Below, in pieces: positions 25,850-36,979 of a stretch of DNA of 64,000 nt. The first letter of the stretch is position 1. The number at the start of each line of letters is the position of its first letter. Under the pieces are notes generated by a model. It was not told the origin of the DNA and did not search any database. It saw only the letters and a list, made by a program, of their open reading frames with translations. The translations under genes were made by a program, and so were the position numbers. Source of the DNA: Azolla caroliniana (taxonomy: Eukaryota; Plantae; Polypodiophyta); contig JBHGNT010000012.1 in NCBI GenBank assembly GCA_043228905.1, positions 11,036,001-11,100,000 of the forward strand. The letters are read 5' to 3'.

Positions 25850-27474
25850 TTTAGGAAGCAAGTCCCTCCGGATGGGAAGCGAGATCGAGTCGTATTAGTT
25901 GCATCCGAGGAAGAAGAAAAACCAGATCCAAATCATATTCGTAAATAGATTTTGTCGCACCTATTTTGGGCCAGAATTGTAAATAACCCTAAAGTTGTAT
26001 TAGTATAAATACAACTTACGACAAATCATTTGTAGGTATGATGTATGATTTATTGTGGGTAGTTGGCTCTGTAACTAAGAGTATGCGTAGGATGTTCGCA
26101 AAAAAGGCCAAATCCTTCCAATTTGTATCCTAGTGTGAACATGTCCTCTGTCTAAGGCTTGAGTATATGAGCTCAACCCTAACATTGTAAAGAATAATCT
26201 TGGAGTGTATGAGTTACAGAGAGAAAGAAGAAGAACTTCCATTGAAGCTCGTATCTGAGTCTATTTTATGTTTCTCCCTTTGTCATCTATCTGTGTTGTT
26301 TGCTATGCACAACTCAACAGGTCCTCACACATTCTTCCGCATATCTTCCTTCAAGTGGTATAAAAGGGATTTCCTATTTTGCGACAATGAAAAAGCAGAA
26401 AGAAAAGACTAGGTCAATGACCTTCATCTTCCCGAAAAATGGCGACACAATCTGTCACAAATGTGGAGATCTGGATGTTCAATGGAAAGAACTTCTCCTT
26501 ATGGAATGAAATGATGCAAGACGTGCTAATAATTTGAAGACAAGTTGAAGCCATCTGGCATAGGGAAAAGTCTGCTTCAATGTCTGCTGAAGAGTGGAGA
26601 TCCATGGATGAAATAGTACACTCCACCACTCGGATGCATCTGGTTGAAAATGTCTATTTTAGCATGGCTAAGGAGACAAAATCATTCTTTTTGTGGGAGA
26701 AGTTACAGGTTATATCTGAGAAGAAGTCCTGCTCTTCAAAGTTGATACTAATTCGACAGTTATTCAACATGAAGATGAAAGAGACAGATCCAACAATTTC
26801 CCACATCAACACCTTCCGTCAGGTGTTGTCTGAACTCTCCTCCCAAGGGATCAACTTTGAAGAAGAAGTCAAGGCCCTTGTCCTCCTTTTGAGCTTGCTG
26901 GTGAGTTGGGAGGTATTCTACAAGACTTTTGCCAATAGTTGCCCTAGGATGAACCTGGATGAGACAATCAACCAAGTCCTCACAGAGGACATTTGGCGAA
27001 AATCAATCGGACTCACCATCGACCAGTCGGCAGAAGCCCACCACTCGATCGAGTCGATCGAGCGATCCAATCAATCGAGAGAACAAGTTGAATGAAGAAG
27101 TCGAATCTCTAGTCGGCCGAGAAAGAGGGGAGACCGACAATGGTCGAAGTCGAGGAATAGTAGGTCAAGTGATTTTTGCACACATTGCAGAAAAGCTAGT
27201 CACAATATTTCCGACGGGTGGTCGATCAAGTGGAAGGAGAATAGTTGACGATTCGAGCGGAACTCAGGATGATCCGACTCGAACTGTTCTCCAGTCGGCA
27301 ACCAAATCAATGTTGTCAGCTCCCGATCAAGAGAAATTCTCTCTAGAGGAATCGATGATTGGAGAAGTCCTCTATAGTGTGCACGACACACAAACGTGGC
27401 TACTAGACTCCGGTGCCACATTTCACGTAACCCCCAACATCGAATGGTTTTCGAACTATTGGCCCGGTGCCAAT
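25850..27474 (+). mobile_element. 5' fragment of a Copia element (LTR, PBS, gag, protease)
   Basis: LTR ~25850-26353 (...cttccttca). Degenerate PBS tggtat at 26356. gag FNGKNFSLW...LWEKLQ...RQLFNMKMKE. Protease WLLDSGATFHVTP. Confidence 0.85.
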
Positions 27475-30400
27475 TGTCGTGACTTGAGAGTAGGAGAGAG
27501 AAAGATAAAAAGATGATGATAGAAAGTATAGAGAGAGAGAGAGAGAAAGAACAGTAGAAATCACAAAGAGTTTATATTATAAGAGAACAAAGGTTACAAA
27601 GAGTAGGCTAAAGGGCTAAAGACTAGTGTTGAACCGAATGAGTTATGATGAATGAATAAACACCTATTTATAGGTCCTTATGAAGTATTCTAGAATGTTC
27701 TAGAATATTTTAGATATTTAATATAATCATGGAATAATCTAGAATACTCTAAATATCTTGTAATAACTAATAATATAATTATTATAAGTATATATCATAT
27801 ATGTTATTATAATGGTTAAAGGTCTAACATATAGACTAAGATGTTGTGCGTTAGAATCCTTGTAAGCCGAAATGTATGTCTTCATGATATTATCCCCTCT
27901 TTTCGACGACGAGTTCCATGAGTCGGAAGACAAGATTTCGAACTTCAGGCTTATGGGGATATTTGTTGTGAAAATGCAACAACCTTGTTGGAGGTATTAG
28001 CAGGATTCTTGAAGGCTCCCATTTTCGATCATTAGGTGTATAACCTAACCAGTCAGCCAAATAATACAGTTTGTTGCGGATAATCTTGGAGTCAAGAATG
28101 GTAGCAACTTCATATTCAGAGCCATCGAAAACTTCGACTGGATGCGGGGGAGATGTAAGACGACCCGGAATACAACTGGTTGTGTAGGGCTCCAAAAGTG
28201 AAACATGGAAGATCGGGTGAAGACGCATATGAGGAGGAAGATCAAGGCGAAATTCCACATCATTGATGTTACTAGATATCACATATGCGCCAAAAAGTTG
28301 ATAATCCAATTTGTAGCAAGGTCGGGTGGTTTTAATGCTTGTAAGAGCCATACTTGATCTCCCACTTGAAACGTAGTCGATGAATCACGTCGATGACGGT
28401 CGACAACCTTCTTTTGAGTGTTTTGAGCATCACATAAATAATGCGAAATGATATCCTGACTTTCTTTGAGTTGGGTGAGCCGATCTTCAGCATCCGGGAT
28501 TGTCGGGAGTTCGGGATGTTCAAGAATCATCCAACGAGGATGGTACCCAATGTTCGCAAAATATGGGGAATATCCAGTAGAAGACTGTTTTGAGTTGTTG
28601 TAAGAAAATTCCGCCAAATGTAATAGATCAACCCAATCATCTTGTTGATAGTTGACAAAACAACGAAGATATTGTTCTACTGTTTGGTTGGTGCGCTCAC
28701 TCTACCCGTTAGTTTCTGGATGGTAGCCGGAAGAGATTTTGCAAGAAGTATGTAAGAGTTTGAACATGTGCCGCCAAAATTTTGGATGAACTGGGGACCT
28801 CGATCACTCATAATATCATCGGGAAGACCATGATTCCGAAACACCTCTTGCATGAGTAACTTGGTTATCTCTTGGGTAGTAATGGCCTTCGTGTATGGAA
28901 TAAAATGTGCCATCTTCGTAAAACGATCTACTACCGCGAGAATAGAATCAAAACTTTTGAAAGGTGGTTGATCCATAATGAAGTCCAATGAAATAGATTT
29001 CCATGGACTCTCAGGAGTGGACAATTTACAACTATATGTCCTGGACCGCCACAATACAGGCAGAGGCGATGCGCTCGACGCCGTTGCTTCTCAGCATCTG
29101 ATAATGGCCCACAACGTTGTGTTGACTCTATTTCCATTGGAGTTGGGCCATCCCTTGTAATGGGTCTAGAAACTTGTGGACGCGTTGTGACTACGGAAGT
29201 GTAAGTCTGCTCAGGTTGGTGGTGTAACATTTGTTGGCGCTCAGAACGTCGCTCAAATAGGCGATTATCACATCGCACGACTCGACTAATGGCTTCTGTA
29301 AGCGACTTCGGATCTTCATGGAAAGTAAGAAGAAGATTTTTGACATCATTTCGCAAACCTTGACGGAATTGATCCATTAAGGCCACCTCATCCCAAGGGA
29401 TATCACATGCCAAGAGACGGAAATCGGCTGCGTAAGCTGACGCGGGACGATCTCCTTGTCGGAGCCTTCGAATCTTGTTTATCGCTGTCCTAGTGCTGTT
29501 GGTGTCTCCGAAACTAGCTTCAAACTCTTTAACAAATGCCTCGAAATCCTCCAATAATGGTGATTTCTTCTCGAGAAGTGGTGCAAACCATGCGAACGTC
29601 GTACCGCATAGCAAAGTTCCCACTAATCCCACACGAGTAGCATCAGTTGGATACCGATTGGGATGTAGCTGAATAACCAGACGAACTTGATTCAAAAAGC
29701 CTCGAAATAAAGACCTTGTACCATCAAACTTGGCGGGGAGGCTGATCTTTGGCTCTCTAGGGGAGTTCTGAGTCCTTGACGCTTGCTCTCGTAATGACAA
29801 TATAGTCGCCTCGAGTTGATGAACCCGCTGTGATAACTCTTCATATTGTTGAGCTTTTTCGGTGCTCACGTGTTGTAGGTCTCCAAGTAGCCTTTGATTC
29901 TCATGCTCTAATGCCACAAAATTTATTTGTGACCATGTTGAGCTCAGAAAGAGCACGGATGTATTCTTGTTTGCTCATGGACTCCATAGCTTATGAGGGG
30001 AGAGGAGAAGGAGGAAGAGAACTTGTTAGGGTTTATGGAAGATGAAGAGATGAAAGGAAAAAAATGGTTCAAACTGTCAAGATAGAGATAGTGAGAGAGA
30101 GAGAAAGAGAGATAGAGAGATAATTGAAAGAGAATTATTATATTGAAGAGTAAAATGTATTACAAAGAGTAGGCTACAAAATGGCATTGAACCAATTTAG
30201 GTTTGGGATGAGTGGTAGATCCCTATTTATAAGTAATAGAGAACACTCTAGAATATTCTAGGTTATCCTAGAATGTAGAGTAATCTAGAAGATCTCTAGA
30301 GTATTCTAGAAAGTTCTAGTGGTATAGAACACTCTAGAATATTCTAGGTCATTCTAGAATGTAGAGTAATATAGAATATTCCTATGTTATTAGATTTCAT

Positions 30401-30545
30401 ATTCTACAAACTATACATACAAGAATATTAATACAATGGTTAAGGATTTGACATGTGTACAACAAGGTTGTGGGTTCAAATCCTTTCGAGTCATAATGTG
30501 AGTGTCATGATCCTTTCGATGCATGATGTGAGTGTTATCATGAAA
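27475..30545 (-). mobile_element. Internally deleted Tcn1-like chromovirus (gag plus integrase-chromodomain only)
   Basis: LTRs ~30545-30075 and 27889-27475. gag ~29977-29020 (PAKFDG, CLYCGGPGHIVVNCP) is joined directly to integrase (PESPWKSISLDFI...SDRGPQF) and chromodomain (YEVATILDSKIIRNKLYYL). PPT agaggggataa. Confidence 0.88.
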
Positions 30546-33500
30546 AAAGCAAACCTCGGGTCTTCTTTATCCCTTCAATACTCCCTAGTCCAAGACCCTC
30601 GTGGTCCTGCCCAAGTAACACACATGCGTGAAACATCACGACATAAATTGGGGAACCCGATGTGAAAGGGCGGAAAGGGAGAACCGAGATGCGAGGAGGA
30701 GAACTCGCTGAAGCGATGGTGGCGGTGGTGGACCGCTTGGTAATTGCCCGAAAAGGCATCACCGGCCTAGACCAGGCCATAAAGACGGTGGTCAACACAA
30801 CAGGTCAGTTCAATGGAAGAGATACCACAAGCTACTTGGATGCCTATAAGGCCTAAATGCTTATGCAAAACGTCCTGAAGATATGCGGCTAACCAGATTT
30901 ACTAGAGTGGTAACGCCGAGTATCCACGTTGAGGTACTCGAGATCCAAGCAGACTGTTGCAATTGGGTGGAGTTTGAAGAAAGACTCCTCGAGAAGTATG
31001 ACCTTGATGACTCACTCAGAATTTCGAAAAGGGATCTAATGGAGTGGGTTGAGGTTCCCGGCAAGGGGAGAAATACTGTGGCACTTCTACAAGAATTTGA
31101 GAAGCGCTTCGCGCAACTCTCGGTTCTCGATAGGATGGTGCTTGACACAAGCAAGGTCCTCCTATTCATAAAAGTTGTTGATGTACGAGACCAAGAGAAG
31201 GTGGGGCTCCTCTTCGAAACTGATGATGGGCTCACAACGGATTGGGCTATGGTAAAACGGGTTTGTAGTCGCTTCGATAAGAGAAGGGAATGGAACGACG
31301 GGTCTCCGTCGAGCAACCAAACATCCACAGGCTCCATTAGTGAGACATACGAAACCAGTGGTGGTAGAGCACATCAAGAAAGAGATCAAGCCAATGCAAG
31401 GTTCGTCCCCGAGAGAAACGTGGTTGAAGCACCGTCGAGAGGGTCGGCAATAGACGAGCTCACAAAGATGGTATGAGATCTCCAAATAGCGCAAGCTAGG
31501 AGAGAGAGTGGCGGCCCTCAAGATCGACGTCCCCCGTTCGTGCAAGGATGTATGTGGTGCGACAATCCCGACCACCTACGAAGGGAGTGTGGAGACTTTC
31601 AAGAGGCCCTAAGAAGGGATATTGTCTATCTTTGGAACAATAGGGTCTATTCGATGGAGACAAGGTGCCCCTTAGGATTGAATCAAGGCCGAGGGGGCAT
31701 GAGAAGGCTAATGGAGGAGGCCAAAGCATGACATGTTGAAGCCATCCACTACTCGGCGTTGGCTGGGATTGGAGTGGGGAAAGAGTTGAGGAGGCAAGAG
31801 GAGAAAGAGTTTGACTTTTGGCCGTCAATCCTTGGAAGCCTCTCTAGGGGAAAGTTCAAAAGAGAAGAAGTGGACAACGCGGAAAGAAGGGTCCAAGAAG
31901 CACCCGAGTGGAAGGATCCGATGGAAGAAAAGACAGGCTTCGTGGAAGCCGCTTGCCAAAACTACGAAGTAATGGTAGAAGAGAGGTAGGAAATGACGAG
32001 GGAGCCGGTTCATCAAGGAAATACAACGCTCGAGGTGCACGAAGAAGGGAAGAGCCGAACCAGTCTCAAGCATGCACGAAAGATGGAAAGAGAAGGGGAA
32101 CCCCCCTAACTTTTCAAGCTTTGCTCTGAGATTGAACAAGCAACGAACTTGAAGAAGGTAGTGGAGGAAAGGATCCTCGATAGTTGCGTAGAGTTTACTC
32201 TGCGAGAGGTCCTCGGAATTGCCAAGAAAGAATTCCACGAGGTCATCATTGACCTAATGAAGAGGAAGCGGCTCTTGATGGAGCAAGAAGTGGCAAAGCC
32301 TGCGATTGTAAATGTATTGTCAACTGAGGTTCCTGAGGAAGACAAAGACTATGCGGATAGTCACTACACGAGGCCGCATTGGACGAGAGCGACAACGGAG
32401 ACACCGGTACGGTTCGGATATGTACAAGAGCCGGTTGTAGCATTGATCGACCATGGCTTTGAGATCAACCTTATGTCCATGAACTTTTATAAAAAGGGAA
32501 AGTGGTTGATCAACACAAAGCACGGGTGGAAGATTAGAGCGGCGACCTGAGCAACCGAGGAGCTATACGGGGCTTGCCCGAATGTACGTGTGAAGGTGGG
32601 GGACGTAGAAATAGATCAAGATTTCTTTGTTCAAGAGACATCCTCGCACCCGGTCATCTTGGGTGAACCATACATCACGGCGGCTCGCATGGAGACGAAG
32701 GTGCTAGACAACAGGTCGGCATATGCAAGGGTCAAGAGCCAAGATGGGAAGCATTCGGTCCAATTCCTTACGGTGAGGCCCAACCATGAGCGCAATCGAG
32801 CCTCCCTCAAAGGGGAGAGCCAAGAGGATTTTTGATGCGGGCTATTAAAGAGTGGGGCCGCAATAGCCCGAGGCAAACTAAGACCCTAAACCCTTGTAAA
32901 ACTATTAAATGTAATAGGAAACAATTTTGGTTCTCCGAAAATGGAGCTTGTAAAATTACTAGTTTAAGTGATAGAGATAAGCCTAGGGACAAGAGGTACG
33001 GAAGGTATCTCAAACAATGTAATTTATTGGGGGAAGATGACACCATAAGCGGTGTCGTGAAGTTGACACTTCACGACACCCACCACCTCTGAACTTGCAC
33101 ACCTATGGGCGAGTTCACACCACTTCATTTTGATCCTCTTCGAAAAATTCTTTATCCTCATTTTCTATGAGACTAGCTTCGGTGTCTTCTCTTCTTTTAA
33201 AAATCTTTATTCTTTTTCCCGCAATTGGTGTCTAGATCTCAGTCCCATCCAACTCATTTAGGTAGTAGGTAGCCTTATCAGTCACCTTCCGTACTTTGTA
33301 AGACCCAAACCACCGTTTTGCGAACTTCCTCATTGTACTGTACTGGTTCTCGAGGCTACTATCCAGTACCAACACCCAATCTCCTTCTTGAATCTTTCGT
33401 GGTCTTAATCTATTTACTTTGTCAAATCTTGCTTTGTTCTTTATCCGAGCTTCCTTCAATTTCTTAGTAGCCTTTTCTACATCTTCTGCTTGACATTGTA

Positions 33501-35545
33501 GTTGTCGGATACGAACTACTAGCAAGTCTTCTCTACTCCTCTCTGACTCCCATGGTAGCATTGCCCATGTAGCAATCTTCTCTTCAATCGGCATCATCGG
33601 CCTTTGTCCTGTCATGAGCTCTATCAACATATATCCTGTCACCGAACTGTGTGTGGTCCTATCCGCCCACAATGCATATGGCAAGACCTTTGGCCAATTA
33701 CCTACTTTGCCTTTACATGCTTTTGCAAGTGCTTTAACTATCGGGGTATGACCTCTTTCTATCTTTCCATTTGCCTCAGGATTATACGCTGTGGTAAATT
33801 CCATCGAGCTATTCAAAACCATCAAGGAGTATGTTCAAAATGAAAAAGCTCAAATAAACACCAAGTACAAAATGATGGAGAAGAAGGTCCGGCCAACAGC
33901 AACACCACTTCCAGAAGACAATGAAAAGATAATGAAGGAGGTGTCGACCGAGCCAATTCTTCGGGATCCAAAGAGAATTGGGCACAAGTTCATGGAAGAA
34001 ACAATTAAAGAACTAAGAATTGGAGGGGAGGACTTCCTAACACCTATAGAAGAAGCAGAATTCAGAAAAATGCTAGGGCAGAATGGGAAAGCATTCTCCT
34101 TCAACCCTGAAGAAATTGGATGTGTGAATCCGAAAGTAGTTGAACCAATGGTCATCTTCACGATCCCACACATTCTGTGGAATCTGAAGCCAATCCTAGT
34201 GCCAAGAGCAAGGATACCGCAATTAATCGAGCTTCTAAAAGAGAAAATGGACATGGGCATCTTGGAACCATCAAATGCTCCATGCTCGAGTAGATGGTTT
34301 ACGGTGCAAAAGAAGGATGGGCGGCTTCGATTCATTCAACACATGCAACCTATGAATCAAGTTACTATCCGGAATTCAGGAGTAGGGCCGATAGTAGATG
34401 AGTTTGCAGAGATGTTCGCTGGAAGAGCGATCTACTCTATGGGTGATCTCTACTCCGGTTATGACCAGTTCCAGCTTGTGGTCGATAGTCGGGATATCAC
34501 CTCCATTAGGACTCCTATTGGATTACTTCGAACGTGTACCCTACCTCAAGGTGCGACCAACTCAGTCGCTCACATGATGAATGGTGTGCACAAAGTTCTC
34601 TGAGATTTTATTCCTCACATAACCATGCCTTTCTTGGATGATATACCCATTAAAGGATGCGAGGAAAGAATGAAGAATGAAGAATTGGATAGTAGTGGAT
34701 GTTGGAAGTTCGTCAGGGATCACATAGAAGATTGTGATAAAGTGCTTTCAAGACTAGAGGAGGTACACCTAACACTTTCGGCCCCAAAATCAATATTCGG
34801 GGTTCAAGAAGTACTAGTGGTAGGACATATGTGTGGGCCATACGGAAGAAAGCCAGCACCAACAAAGATCAACACAATACCGAATATGAAAGAAAAATGC
34901 AACTCTGTATCTGAAGTTCGGAGGTTCTTGGGTGCATGTGTCTTCTATTGCAGGTGGATTCCACATTATGCCCACATATCAGATCCATTGTATCGGCTAT
35001 TAAGAAAAGGGGAAGCATTTGAGTGGACAGAAGAACACTCAAATACAATTAAAAGACTGAAGGAGAATCTGGATAAAGCTCTTGCATTGAAACAACCTGA
35101 CTACACCCAACCAATAATCCTCACAGTTGACTCAAGTCTGATTGGAATCGGGTGGGTAATAAGCCAACAAGATGAGGAAGGAGAAAGACATCCGATTCGA
35201 TTTGGTGCGAAGGTACTTAGCGGACGTCAACGAAAGTATGCGCAAGTGAAGAGAGTGTCATAACTAGACTCGAACCCATAACCTTTTGTTACATGGGTCG
35301 AGACTTTACCATTAGGTTATGAATTGTAATTTGAAGGATATTATTTTCATTTAGGTTTTATTGGGAAATTGATGTATATTCCAGATTTCTCTGGAACATT
35401 CTAGAAACTTCAGGAGTATTCCTGAAGACACTATAAAAGGAGGCGCAAGGCATTAGTTCGAACCAAATCGGTTCAACGCCAGTCTTAAGCCTTCTAACTA
35501 CTGTTGTATATCTTCCTTCATATAATACATATATCTTTCGCATCA

Positions 35546-35581
<36 letters not shown>

Positions 35582-35815
35582 ACTCATTCCTTCTCTCAAA
35601 GTTCGACACCTCTCATAGTACTAATCCTTCTCTGTCTTAGTACTATTCCCCAACAATAGTACTAATCCTTCTTTTAGTACTAATTCCTTCTCTGCCTTAA
35701 TAGAGTTCCTGACAGTTTGAACCGATTTCTGGGTGCCTGTCTGGTCTTTTCTCTCCCTCTTCCTTCTGTCTCCCTCCTTTCCTACTAGTCTCTTATTTCC
35801 CTTTTCCTTCATCCC

Positions 35816-36979
35816 ATGGCCACCGTTAGCGCTGAAGAGTATCAATCCGTTTTCTCGGAATTTCAATGCTTGAAAGAGAAGTTTCATGCTTTGGAACAAG
35901 AAAATCAACGCTTGTTGGGGGATCTTCAGCAAATTTCCTTAGAAAAGCAGCAAACGCAACAACAACATGGGGAACTTGCGTTACGCGTGCAACAACTCGA
36001 AGCAACCATCGTAGCAATGCAACAACAAGGGCACGGAGCACAAGGGATTCATAAAGAACCCAAGATTGGCCTTCCCACGAAGTTCGATGGAACGCGATCG
36101 CAGTTTAGAGGGTTTCTTAACCAGGTACGGTTAGTTATTCAAATGCATCCGTCCCGATATCCCACCGATGCATCACGAGTGGGTTTAGTAGGCACGTTGT
36201 TAAATGGCTCAGCATTAGCATGGTTCGCTCCGCTACTAGAAAAGGAATCTCCAGTACTAAATAATTTTGAAGAATTCATAAGTGAGTTTAAAGCATGTTT
36301 TGGAGATACTGACAGCATAAGGACTGCAATCAACAAAATCCGGCGATTACGCCAAGGTGACCGTCCAGCCTCCGCATATGCTGCAGATTTCCGTCTACTC
36401 GCCGCCGATATCCCCTGGGATGATCAAGCATTGATGGAGCAGTTCCGCTATGGTCTACGCAACGATGTCAAGGATTTACTCTTGACTTTCCCTGAAGAGC
36501 CAAAATCATTAACAGAAGCAATCAGTCGAGCGGTCAGATGTGACAACCGCCTCTTCGAGCGACGTTCGGAACGACAATTTCAGATGCCGAGGGCAAGATC
36601 CGAGCCTACCTATGCCTCAGTGGTAGCGAAACCTTTTCAAAGGGAGTCACATAATGCGCCTCCAGTAAGTACTCCAACTCCAATGGAAATTGACACTACA
36701 CGTCGTCGTGGGCCGCTATCGGAGGAGGAAAAGCAACGACGCCGAACAAACCGATTATGCCTTTATTGCGGTGGACCAGGGCATATCGCGATAAACTGTC
36801 CCCATAGACCAAGAAGGCAGGTAAACCAAGTCGTTGTTAGTTCTGACTATACTAAACCCGAGTCTATTTCAGTAGGAATCTCTGATAGTCCTCATAGTCA
36901 TAATAGTCCTAATAGTAGTCCGAATCTCGCAAACAAATTTGATGTCCTTAGCCAATTAGAAGAAGAGTTAAACGACTAA
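35816..36979 (+). CDS. gag: Chromovirus gag (387 aa, intact)
   Basis: N-terminal coiled coil, PTKFDG, retrotransposon capsid region, PMEID, CLYCGGPGHIAINCP zinc knuckle. Confidence 0.92.
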   Translation: MATVSAEEYQSVFSEFQCLKEKFHALEQENQRLLGDLQQISLEKQQTQQQHGELALRVQQLEATIVAMQQQGHGAQGIHKEPKIGLPTKFDGTRSQFRGFLNQVRLVIQMHPSRYPTDASRVGLVGTLLNGSALAWFAPLLEKESPVLNNFEEFISEFKACFGDTDSIRTAINKIRRLRQGDRPASAYAADFRLLAADIPWDDQALMEQFRYGLRNDVKDLLLTFPEEPKSLTEAISRAVRCDNRLFERRSERQFQMPRARSEPTYASVVAKPFQRESHNAPPVSTPTPMEIDTTRRRGPLSEEEKQRRRTNRLCLYCGGPGHIAINCPHRPRRQVNQVVVSSDYTKPESISVGISDSPHSHNSPNSSPNLANKFDVLSQLEEELND

